Shown here: one piece after another, positions 8,821 to 17,347 of the stretch
Layout of the letters: the number at the start of each line of letters is the position of its first letter
How positions within the stretch are numbered: position 1 is the first letter of the stretch
DNA from: a virus
DNA length: 64,000 bases
Virus record (IMG/VR): IMGVR_UViG_3300046804_003518
Location: 96,001-160,000 of that record
Direction: 5' to 3' (one strand)
Notes under the pieces: generated by a model
Database searches by the model: none
Seen by the model: the letters and a program-made list of their open reading frames with translations, nothing else
What the model was told of the DNA's origin: nothing
Translations under genes and position numbers: made by a program

Positions 8821-8860
8821 TATTAATTTTTTATTAAAGTATCTGTTTCTGTGTTAAATA
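8821..8860 (+). promoter_or_regulatory. Candidate Pho-box-like tandem repeat and promoter upstream of plcP-like gene
   Basis: TATTAATTTTTT ATTAA (11-bp period) ... TGTTAAATA, mirroring the pstS upstream region. Confidence 0.4.
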
Positions 8861-8881
8861 ATAACATACACAGGAGACCAT

Positions 8882-9631
8882 ATGAAGTACAAATCTATCT
8901 TTATATCCGATGTACATTTAGGTTCTAAAGGATGTAAAGCTGATTTGCTTTGCGACTTTCTCAAGCACAATACTTGTGAGCAGCTGTATCTTGTCGGCGA
9001 CATCATTGATGGTTGGAGACTAAGTAGGAAGTTTTACTGGCCTCAGTCTCATACAAACGTAATTAGAAGAATCCTTACCGCGGCTAAACGAGATACAAAG
9101 GTAATCTATGTGGCTGGTAATCACGACGAGGCTCTTCGTGGTCTTCTGCCATATGATATTCACTTTGGCAATATAGATCTTGTTAACCAATGCCGCCACC
9201 AGGCAATCAATGGTAAGACCTATATGGTAATCCATGGTGATATGTTTGATACAGCTCTTCGGAACAAGTTGGCCTGGCTATATCATTTTGGTGACATACT
9301 ATATAATATTCTACTGAGCATAAACGTTGTTGTTGGTAAGGTAAGGCAACGCTTTGGTCTACCTTATTGGAGTCTAAGCGCTTATTTAAAAAATAAGACG
9401 AAAGAAGCTGTTGCCTATATGAGCGACTTTGAGGTTCTAATTACCGACTACTGCCACAAACAGAAAGCGCATGGAGTGATATGTGGCCATGTTCATAAGG
9501 CAGATATAAAGATGATTGGTGAGGTTGAATATATGAATGATGGTGACTGGGTAGAGAGCTGTACTGCCCTAGTTGAGAACTATGAGGGTAAATGGGAAAT
9601 ACTAACGTGGCAAGAATTAAAATCATCTTAA
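8882..9631 (+). CDS. plcP: PlcP-like phospholipase C (LpxH2 / UDP-2,3-diacylglucosamine hydrolase-like metallophosphoesterase)
   Basis: FISDVHLG, LVGDIIDGW, YWPQSH, GNHDE, IHGD.FD, LPYWSLSAYLK, CGHVH, MNDGDWVESCTALVE. Confidence 0.8.
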   Translation: MKYKSIFISDVHLGSKGCKADLLCDFLKHNTCEQLYLVGDIIDGWRLSRKFYWPQSHTNVIRRILTAAKRDTKVIYVAGNHDEALRGLLPYDIHFGNIDLVNQCRHQAINGKTYMVIHGDMFDTALRNKLAWLYHFGDILYNILLSINVVVGKVRQRFGLPYWSLSAYLKNKTKEAVAYMSDFEVLITDYCHKQKAHGVICGHVHKADIKMIGEVEYMNDGDWVESCTALVENYEGKWEILTWQELKSS

Positions 9632-10635
9632 TCACCGACGCCTGGGAACCCCAGGTTAATGGTGTCGTGACAACATATAAAAATTTAATTAACTACCTAC
9701 CTGACAACGTCTCCGTAGACATAGTTCACCCAGCTTTGTTTGATTATTTTCCCTTCACACTATACAAAGGAATCAACATACCATTGTGTTCATTCAATAT
9801 GATGTATAACTTGATTGAAAGAAGAACAATGCACTACCAAATCCAAGGGTATAGTGTATCATACCATATAGCAACAGAAGGTGTTCTTGGCTATAAGGCC
9901 AAACGCGCTCTTGATGTAATGAAGAAACCATATACTACTGCCTACCACACAAAGTTTCCCGAGTTTCTGAAGTTAATGTTTGGTATTCCAGTTTTATTTA
10001 CATCGTGGTACTTCAACTGGTTCCATAAAAAGTCAAAGGCTGTCATGTGTTCCTCACAGTCTGATTCAATGACTCATTCAGATTGGCAGACAGTTGTTCT
10101 TGGTAAGGGTTATGCCAGCCATTTCTCGTTCAAGGACCATCGTCACAAACATGATATAAATTTACTATACGTTGGTAGAGTTAGTCACGAAAAGAATATA
10201 GAGGATTTTTGTAAACTTGACCTTGATGGTTGGACAGACTGTAACGCAAAGGTATATAAAATTATTGTTGGTGATGGTCCTGCAAGAAAATCATTAGAGA
10301 AAAAATATCCTGGAATTAGGTTTGTTGGATATAAATTTGGGAAAGACCTTGCTTCCTATTACCAGAATGCTGATGTATGTGTGTTCCCAAGCAAAGTTGA
10401 TACATTTGGAATCACGATACTTGAGTCAATGGCTTGTGGAACACCAGTTGCTGGTTATCCTGTGACCGGTCCAATTGACCAAATCATTAACGGTGTCAAT
10501 GGTTATGTTGATCAAGATCTTGAGTCGGCCGTTGGTCGCTGTCTACTTCTGGAACGAGATCTTGTAGCAAATTCAGTTAGGCATATATCGTGGAAGCAAT
10601 CAGCCCAACAGTTTGTTGACTTTATAGCTGGTTGA
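9592..10635 (+). CDS. GT4 glycosyltransferase, Agt-like glycosyl-diacylglycerol synthase
   Basis: ITDAWEPQVNGVV, HIATEG.LG, YHTKFPE, YVGRVSHEKNIEDF, VGDGP, FPSKVDTFGITILESMACGTPV; overlaps the plcP-like gene. Confidence 0.8.
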   Translation: MGNTNVARIKIILITDAWEPQVNGVVTTYKNLINYLPDNVSVDIVHPALFDYFPFTLYKGINIPLCSFNMMYNLIERRTMHYQIQGYSVSYHIATEGVLGYKAKRALDVMKKPYTTAYHTKFPEFLKLMFGIPVLFTSWYFNWFHKKSKAVMCSSQSDSMTHSDWQTVVLGKGYASHFSFKDHRHKHDINLLYVGRVSHEKNIEDFCKLDLDGWTDCNAKVYKIIVGDGPARKSLEKKYPGIRFVGYKFGKDLASYYQNADVCVFPSKVDTFGITILESMACGTPVAGYPVTGPIDQIINGVNGYVDQDLESAVGRCLLLERDLVANSVRHISWKQSAQQFVDFIAG

Positions 10636-10660
10636 CTGTTACCATCGTTTAATGTATACT
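10632..10660 (+). promoter_or_regulatory. sigma70-type promoter
   Basis: TTGACT-N17-TATACT. Confidence 0.7.
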
Positions 10661-10687
10661 CCCTCCTATCGTAGGAGGGACGTTATC

Positions 10688-11023
10688 ATGTCAACAAGGC
10701 GTAATTTTTTTAAGTATCTTGGACTTGCTGGTGGTGTAGCAGTAGGTGGTCCTGTCGCCGCTGCAGCTATCATTCCTAAAGGTAAACCAAAGCACATTGA
10801 ACAACTTGATGGCGGATCGCACCTGCAATTGCGAGCAACATATGGCGAGAAGGTTGGCCTCGGCACAATAAACCCAACTAACAAACTAACGGTTTTTAGT
10901 CATCAGACGCAAGAGTTTGTTCCTGGAACTGTTGAGCAGGTTGATGTTTCGTTCAAGCCAGGTCCTGATGGTGAATTGTACTTGAAAGTTAATGGGAAAT
11001 GGCGTAAAGTAGTTACTGAATGA
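10688..11023 (+). CDS. Small protein with twin-arginine (Tat) signal peptide
   Basis: GGAGG RBS; MSTRRNFFKYLGLAGGVAVGGPVAAAA (S/T-R-R-x-F-F/L-K). Confidence 0.75.
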   Translation: MSTRRNFFKYLGLAGGVAVGGPVAAAAIIPKGKPKHIEQLDGGSHLQLRATYGEKVGLGTINPTNKLTVFSHQTQEFVPGTVEQVDVSFKPGPDGELYLKVNGKWRKVVTE

Positions 11024-13566
11024 GCAAGTTCTATACAAATGTAAGTATCCGAGGGAATAAGATTCTCCTTCGTGGCTATGAGGATGGTCGTAGAGTTCAT
11101 ACTGACATCCCATACCAACCTTTTTGTTTCCAACGATCGAGCAATCCAAATGCTCCGTATAAGACTATCGATGGTTATCCAGCCGATAGAAAGGACTTCG
11201 AATCTATCAATGACATGATGGATTACATGAAGATGTATGAGGGTGTAGAAGGAATTAAACTCTACGGAATGACATCCAAGAGTTCTCTCATCTATCCATT
11301 CATCCACGAATACTATCCTGGTGAGATTCAATACGATGCCTCTTTGATGAACATCGTTCACCTTGATATCGAGGTCGCGGCTGATGAAGGATTCCCTAAC
11401 ATCGATGAAGCTGATAAGGCACTAACTGCTATCACTATTAAGGTTAAGGATAGGTACTACACTTTTGGTTGTGGTGACTATACACCTACAGCTGACAACA
11501 TCATGTACGCCAAGTGTAAGAACGAACGCGACTTGATTATGAAGTTCTTAACTCTTTGGGATTCTCCTCTTGTTGATCCAGACATCGTAACTGGCTGGAA
11601 CGTAGAGGGGTTCGATATTCCATATCTCGTCAATAGAATCGATAGAGTATTCAATGACGAAGGTAAGATGTCAAAGAAACTCTCACCTTGGAAGATTGTC
11701 GACGACAAGGAAATCATTATGAGAGGGTCTGGTAAGACTCTCAAGGCAAAGACGCTGAGAGGAATCTCAGTGCTTGACTATTTGCAGCTCTATAGAAAGT
11801 TTACATACTCTGATACAGAAAGCTATTCTCTTAACCATATTGCTCACCTCGAGCTTGGTGAGAAGAAGATTGACTACTCTGAGTATGAAAGTCTGTTTGA
11901 TCTTTATAAGCACGACTTCCAAAAGTTCATTGAGTATAATATCCACGACGTTACTCTCGTAAGCCAGCTTGATGATAAGATGAAGCTTATCGATCAGGTT
12001 CTTGCTATTGCATATGATGCGAAGGTTGACTATATCGATACTCTTCGTACAGTGCGCATGTGGGATATGATTATCCACAACTACCTAATCGATAACAATA
12101 TTGTTGTTCCTCTTTCGAAGAACGAAGAAGAACTTAAACTTGTTAGAGAAGAGAAGGATCAACCAATTAAGGGTGCTTATGTAAAAGATCCTAAACCTGG
12201 AATGTATAAGTACGTTGTCTCATTTGACTTGACATCTCTATATCCATCGCTGATCATGCAGTATAACATCTCGCCTGATACTAAGATGAATAAGGTTGAT
12301 CTTACGCCAGAAGATTGTTTGGACAATACTGGTTCGTTCCAGATGGCTAAGGACGATGCAAAGAGTCTCGACTATACACTTTGTGCTAATGGTACGATGT
12401 ATAGAAAAGATAAGCTCGGGTTCCTGCCAGCGCTGATGGAAAAGGTCTTCGCCGATAGAAAGAAGTATAAGAAGCTAATGCTTGAAGCAAAGCAGAAGTA
12501 TGAACTATCGAAAGATCCTGAAGATGAAAAGAAATACGTTCAGTATAACAATATGCAGATGGCAAAGAAGATTCAGCTGAATAGCTGTTACGGTGCTTTG
12601 TCTAATATCTACTTCAGATTCTTTGATACAGATCTAGCTGAAGCAATCACACTATCTGGCCAGGTATCGATTCGTTGGATGCAAGCGAAGATGAATGAGT
12701 TCTTGAATAAGACTCTCAAGACTGACAATGTCGATTATGTTATTGCTGTTGATACTGACTCTCTTTATATTACTCTTGATAAGTTTGTTGATAAGGTATA
12801 CAATGGCAAGGTACCAGAAAGAGATAAAGTCATTCGTATGCTAGATAAGGCTTGTGATGAAGTCTTCCAGCCATTCATCGAAAAGAGTTATGATGACCTA
12901 GCTAACCATATGTTGATCTATAGTCAGCGTATGCAGATGAAGCGAGAGTCAATTGCCGATAAAGGTATCTGGGTAGCGAAGAAGAGATACATCTTGAATG
13001 TCTTTAACGAAGAAGGTGTTCAGTATGAGAAGCCAAAGCTGAAGATGAAAGGCATTGAAGCTGTTAAGTCTTCAACTCCTGCCAAGATCAAGGAAGCAAT
13101 TAAGAAGTCGCTTGACATTATTATGAATGGCACAAAGGATGATTTTACTAAGTATGTGGAAGACTTCAAGCAAGAGTTTGATACTCTACCGTTTGAAGAT
13201 GTGGCATTCCCTAGAAGTTGTCAAGGCGTAACCAAACATAAGATTGGTGGTAAGGCAATTCCAATTCATGTGAGAGGCGCACTCATTTACAACCATTTCA
13301 TAAATAACTTAGGACTTGACAAAAAGCACAATAAGATTCAGGATGGAGATAAGATTAAGTTCTGCTACTTGAGAACACCTAATCCATTCTCGACGAATGT
13401 TATATCATCTCCAGGTGCCTTGCCAAAGCAATTCAATATCGATCGTTATATTGATCACGATACACAATTTGAAAAGTCTTTCATTGAGCCGATGAAGTCA
13501 ATCACGGACAACATTGGTTGGGATCTTGGACAAAAGCAATTAACTCTAGAAGACATGTTCGGGTAA
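11020..13566 (+). CDS. gp43: Family B DNA polymerase (gp43)
   Basis: Exo LDIEV, TGWNVEGFDIPY; pol SFDLTSLYPS, KIQLNSCYG, AVDTDS. Confidence 0.97.
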   Translation: MSKFYTNVSIRGNKILLRGYEDGRRVHTDIPYQPFCFQRSSNPNAPYKTIDGYPADRKDFESINDMMDYMKMYEGVEGIKLYGMTSKSSLIYPFIHEYYPGEIQYDASLMNIVHLDIEVAADEGFPNIDEADKALTAITIKVKDRYYTFGCGDYTPTADNIMYAKCKNERDLIMKFLTLWDSPLVDPDIVTGWNVEGFDIPYLVNRIDRVFNDEGKMSKKLSPWKIVDDKEIIMRGSGKTLKAKTLRGISVLDYLQLYRKFTYSDTESYSLNHIAHLELGEKKIDYSEYESLFDLYKHDFQKFIEYNIHDVTLVSQLDDKMKLIDQVLAIAYDAKVDYIDTLRTVRMWDMIIHNYLIDNNIVVPLSKNEEELKLVREEKDQPIKGAYVKDPKPGMYKYVVSFDLTSLYPSLIMQYNISPDTKMNKVDLTPEDCLDNTGSFQMAKDDAKSLDYTLCANGTMYRKDKLGFLPALMEKVFADRKKYKKLMLEAKQKYELSKDPEDEKKYVQYNNMQMAKKIQLNSCYGALSNIYFRFFDTDLAEAITLSGQVSIRWMQAKMNEFLNKTLKTDNVDYVIAVDTDSLYITLDKFVDKVYNGKVPERDKVIRMLDKACDEVFQPFIEKSYDDLANHMLIYSQRMQMKRESIADKGIWVAKKRYILNVFNEEGVQYEKPKLKMKGIEAVKSSTPAKIKEAIKKSLDIIMNGTKDDFTKYVEDFKQEFDTLPFEDVAFPRSCQGVTKHKIGGKAIPIHVRGALIYNHFINNLGLDKKHNKIQDGDKIKFCYLRTPNPFSTNVISSPGALPKQFNIDRYIDHDTQFEKSFIEPMKSITDNIGWDLGQKQLTLEDMFG

Positions 13567-13570
13567 CTAT

Positions 13571-13873
13571 ATGCAAAAAGGTTATAACTTCGATTTTGGT
13601 TTCAGCGCAGTTGATGAGGATGAGCTAAAGAAGCTCACTGGTGCTGAGCAAGAGACAGAGGAGCTTTCAAAGCTCCTAGATGAGCAGGCAACGAATGCTG
13701 AGCTCTATAAGGATACTGTTGTTCAGATCCAGGAGATGATAACTCCTCTTATCAACAACCTAATGTTGAACCCAAGTAAAAACTATATCTATTGGCCAAA
13801 TAGAGTTGATAAGATGAAAGTATTCAAGGCCGAGTTAGATAAGTTGTTTACTATAGCAAAAGATGCTTCTTGA
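13571..13873 (+). CDS. Hypothetical protein
   Basis: ORF track; FDFGFSAVDE and YIYWPNR motifs; between pol and uvsX. Confidence 0.7.
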   Translation: MQKGYNFDFGFSAVDEDELKKLTGAEQETEELSKLLDEQATNAELYKDTVVQIQEMITPLINNLMLNPSKNYIYWPNRVDKMKVFKAELDKLFTIAKDAS

Positions 13874-14696
13874 TTATCTAGTCCTAGCTGTAGCACTAAT
13901 CCTTTCTGGTGTTGCCGCCTACTACTCAGTAGTAGGTTTGGCAGCTATCTTTAGTGGTGCATTCCTTTCTGTAGTTCTTATGGGCTCAGCTCTTGAGCTT
14001 GGTAAGCTAGTTGCAGCAAGCTGGTTATACAGAAACTGGGAAGATGCCCCCAAACTAATTAAGTACTATTTGTCTGGTGCTGTTGTAATTCTGATGTTTA
14101 TTACATCGATGGGTATCTTTGGTTACCTATCGAAAGCTCACCTAGAGACCCAGGCTTTGATGACATCAGATGTCACAGCTGAGCTACAAACACTTAACGA
14201 TACAATCGAATCTAAAACAAACACAAAAGTTTTAGTTGAAAAGCAAATTCAAAACATTGATAATACTCTAGTTAAGTATATCGAGATGGGCTCCGTGACA
14301 AAGGGTCTACAAGAGAAGCGAAGACTGGATAGCGAACGTAAAGAACTAGAACAAGAACGAAAGGCAGTTGAGCAAGAGCTTGTTGAATTGAAGTCTAAGA
14401 GAAACAAACTCGATTCAGAAGTTAAAAAGATTGAAGTTGAAGTTGGGCCACTAAAGTACATTGCAGAGTTAGTTTATGGACAAGATGCTGAAAGTCATTT
14501 TGGTAGCGCTGTTCGTATGGTCATTATACTTCTTATTATGGTTTTTGACCCTCTTGCTGTAATCCTCCTAATTGCTGCCAACTCCAACTTTGTCAATAGG
14601 GACAAAAAGATACAACAAGAAAAACGTATTCAAGAGTTGAGAAAACTTGGAAAACGTGGTATAGTAGTGAATAAGAAAGAGATACTAAAGTTATAA
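13863..14696 (+). CDS. Membrane protein with three N-terminal TM helices, a coiled coil and a C-terminal TM
   Basis: Hydrophobic segments; ELGKLV, GIFGYLSKAH, EVGPLKYIAE, VFDPLAV. Confidence 0.75.
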   Translation: MLLDYLVLAVALILSGVAAYYSVVGLAAIFSGAFLSVVLMGSALELGKLVAASWLYRNWEDAPKLIKYYLSGAVVILMFITSMGIFGYLSKAHLETQALMTSDVTAELQTLNDTIESKTNTKVLVEKQIQNIDNTLVKYIEMGSVTKGLQEKRRLDSERKELEQERKAVEQELVELKSKRNKLDSEVKKIEVEVGPLKYIAELVYGQDAESHFGSAVRMVIILLIMVFDPLAVILLIAANSNFVNRDKKIQQEKRIQELRKLGKRGIVVNKKEILKL

Positions 14697-14709
14697 CATT
14701 GAGGTTATT

Positions 14710-15768
14710 ATGTCAAAGTTTTTTCGTAATCTAATTGAAGAGATCAAAGATGAAGACACATCTATCGCTGAGGACGGTGCTGGTAGTGCTGAGTTCACCG
14801 GGAGCATTGACAGTGGTTCTTACTCTCTTAACGCTGCTCTTAGTGGGTCAATTTTTGGCGGCGTTCCTAATAACAAGATAACTGCTTTTGCTGGTGAGAG
14901 TGCTACTGGTAAGACGTTCTTTGTTCTTGGTATTGTAAAGAGCTTCCTGGATAGCAATCCTGATGCTGGTGTTATCTATTATGACACTGAGGCTGCTGTT
15001 ACTCGTGATATGATGAAGTCTCGTGGTATTGATACTAAGCGAGTAATCATTGCCGAGCCTGATACTATTCAGAAGTTTAGAGAACATGCTCTGAAGTTTC
15101 TAGAAGCGTATGGTAAGACAGATGAGGGTGACCGTCCTCCTATGATGATGGTTCTAGACTCTCTTGGTATGCTTTCTACTTCTAAAGAAATGGCTGACTC
15201 GCTTGAAGGTAAGGATACTAGAGACATGACGAAGAGTCAGGTCATCAAGGCTGCCTTTAGAGTCCTTACATTGAAGTGTGCGAAGTATAAGGTACCAATG
15301 CTAGTTACTAACCATGTGTATGCTATGGTTGGGTCTTATGTTCCGATGAACGAGATCTCTGGTGGTACTGGATTGAAGTATGCTGCTTCAACCATTGCTA
15401 TGTTGTCGAAGAGAAAGGAAAAGGTCGACAACGAAGTAGTTGGTAACATCATTAAGGTCAAGATGTATAAGTCTAGACTCTCTAAGGAAAATGCTCAAGT
15501 AGAATGCTTGTTAACCTATGACAAGGGTCTTGATCGTTATTATGGTCTTTTAGACTTGGCAGAGAAGTACGGTATCTTTAAGAAAGTCTCTACTCGCTAT
15601 GAGATGCCAGATGGATCTAAGGTCTTTGGTAAAAACATTCTTGAGCAACCAGAGAAGTTTTATACTGAAGAAGTTCTAAAGGCAATTGATGAAGCTGCAA
15701 AGAAGGAGTTTAGTTATGGAGCATCCGGATCCGAAGAACCACTTGAGGTGGAGTCTGGCGAAGAGTAG
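14710..15768 (+). CDS. uvsX: RecA-like recombinase UvsX
   Basis: AFAGESATGKTF, YYDTEAA, VLDSLGML, GGTGLKYAAS. Confidence 0.95.
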   Translation: MSKFFRNLIEEIKDEDTSIAEDGAGSAEFTGSIDSGSYSLNAALSGSIFGGVPNNKITAFAGESATGKTFFVLGIVKSFLDSNPDAGVIYYDTEAAVTRDMMKSRGIDTKRVIIAEPDTIQKFREHALKFLEAYGKTDEGDRPPMMMVLDSLGMLSTSKEMADSLEGKDTRDMTKSQVIKAAFRVLTLKCAKYKVPMLVTNHVYAMVGSYVPMNEISGGTGLKYAASTIAMLSKRKEKVDNEVVGNIIKVKMYKSRLSKENAQVECLLTYDKGLDRYYGLLDLAEKYGIFKKVSTRYEMPDGSKVFGKNILEQPEKFYTEEVLKAIDEAAKKEFSYGASGSEEPLEVESGEE

Positions 15769-15874
15769 TCTTCGCATTCTAGCTGGCGCTGTCCTTGTAG
15801 GACAATATGTTGTGGTGGCTGGCTTGTTGTTGATTGTTGCTGAAATTTTGGGTATAGTAGAAGAAATTGTATGA
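15716..15874 (+). CDS. Small hydrophobic protein
   Basis: AAGGAG RBS; HLRWSLAKSSLRI...AEILGIVEEIV; overlaps uvsX and gp41. Confidence 0.55.
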   Translation: MEHPDPKNHLRWSLAKSSLRILAGAVLVGQYVVVAGLLLIVAEILGIVEEIV

Positions 15875-17250
15875 TTGAAAATTATATTATCTCTGCATTG
15901 GTTCAAGAAGGTGAGTTTGCAAGAAAGGCACTCCCATTCTTGAAGAAGGATTACTTCTCTGATGAAGGTCAGAAAGTTGTCTTTGAGCTTGTAAAGCAAT
16001 TTGTAGAGAAATATAATAAGGTTCCTAATAAGGCCGTCCTTAGTGTCGACCTCGATGAACTCAAAGGCTTGAACCAGACCACCTATGATCAAGCCAAGGA
16101 ATGTATCAAACAAATTGGAATGAATCCAACAGTCGATGAACAATGGCTGTTAGACAATACTGAGAAGTTTTGTCAAGATAAGGCAATCTATAATGCCATT
16201 ATGGATTCAATCAAGATTATGGATGATAAGAAGGAGCAGCAAAGTAGAGGTGCAATACCAAAACTACTTTCCGATGCCCTCGGTGTGTCATTTGACCAAC
16301 ACATTGGCCATGACTTCCTAGAAGACTCTGAGAGTCGGTTTGATAACTACCATAAGAAAGAGAAGAGAATTCCTTTTGATATTGAGTTCTTGAATAAGAT
16401 TACTAAGGGCGGCCTTCCTCGTAAGACTCTAAACATTATCCTAGCTGGCACTGGTGTTGGTAAGTCGTTGGCGATGTGCCATATGGCTGCTCATAATCTA
16501 TCGTCTGGCCAGAATGTTTTATACATTACGATGGAAATGGCTGAGGAGAAGATTGCTGAAAGAATTGATGCTAATCTTCTAGATGTCACATTAGATGAGC
16601 TTGCCGTCCTTACTAAAGATGCCTATAAAAAGAAGATTGAAAGGTTCAAAAATAAGACTACTGGTAAGCTAATTATTAAAGAGTATCCTACTGCATCTGC
16701 TGGTAGTGCAAACTTTAGACATCTACTCAATGAACTAAGGTTGAAGAGAAACTTCAAGCCTGATATCATCTATATCGATTACTTAAATATTTGTAGTTCA
16801 TCTAGATTGAAGGCTGGTGCCAATGTTAACTCTTATACCTACGTTAAGGCTATCGCTGAAGAGCTAAGAGGCCTTGGTGTGGAGTTTGATGTTCCTATCG
16901 TCTCTGCTACTCAGACGAATAGGACTGGCTATACGAACACTGATGTTGGACTAGAGGATACTTCTGAGTCGTTTGGTCTTCCTGCGACTGCTGACATTAT
17001 GTTTGCTCTTATTGCAACCGAAGAACTTGACAAGCTAAACCAGATCATGGTTAAGCAGTTGAAGAATCGTTATAGTGATCCAACAAAGTATAAGCGATTT
17101 GTAATTGGTGTTGATAAGAGTAAGATGAAGCTCTATGATGTTGAGATGGGTGCCCAGAGTAATATCATGGATGCACCTGGTTCCCACTACAGTACAGAAT
17201 ACGAACCTTCAAGAACTGCCGAGAAATTTGGGAAGTTCGACTTTAACTAA
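15871..17250 (+). CDS. gp41: Replicative DNA helicase (gp41, DnaB family)
   Basis: LAGTGVGKSL, YITMEMAEE, IKEYPT, IDYLNI, SATQTNR, KQLKNRY. Confidence 0.96.
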   Translation: MIENYIISALVQEGEFARKALPFLKKDYFSDEGQKVVFELVKQFVEKYNKVPNKAVLSVDLDELKGLNQTTYDQAKECIKQIGMNPTVDEQWLLDNTEKFCQDKAIYNAIMDSIKIMDDKKEQQSRGAIPKLLSDALGVSFDQHIGHDFLEDSESRFDNYHKKEKRIPFDIEFLNKITKGGLPRKTLNIILAGTGVGKSLAMCHMAAHNLSSGQNVLYITMEMAEEKIAERIDANLLDVTLDELAVLTKDAYKKKIERFKNKTTGKLIIKEYPTASAGSANFRHLLNELRLKRNFKPDIIYIDYLNICSSSRLKAGANVNSYTYVKAIAEELRGLGVEFDVPIVSATQTNRTGYTNTDVGLEDTSESFGLPATADIMFALIATEELDKLNQIMVKQLKNRYSDPTKYKRFVIGVDKSKMKLYDVEMGAQSNIMDAPGSHYSTEYEPSRTAEKFGKFDFN

Positions 17251-17253
17251 GTA

Positions 17254-17339
17254 AATCAACAAGTTACAGTTCCTTATAAATCAAGAGGTTATAACTCCTT
17301 GATTTTGCGTGTTGCCTTTCCTACGGATTTGCGTATAGT
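17254..17339 (+). promoter_or_regulatory. Three operator-like motifs plus sigma70-type promoter
   Basis: AATCAACAAGTTAC (reverse copy) at 17254; near-palindrome AAATCAAGAGGTTATAACTCCTTGATTT at 17278-17305; TTGCCT-N16-TATAGT. Confidence 0.7.
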
Positions 17340-17347
17340 GGACGCAT

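Noticed and set aside
8882-9631. Lipid A enzyme LpxH
   Set aside because: It has GNHD rather than GNRD, sits next to an Agt-like GT4 and pstS, and has no other lpx genes nearby. PlcP/LpxH2 fits better.
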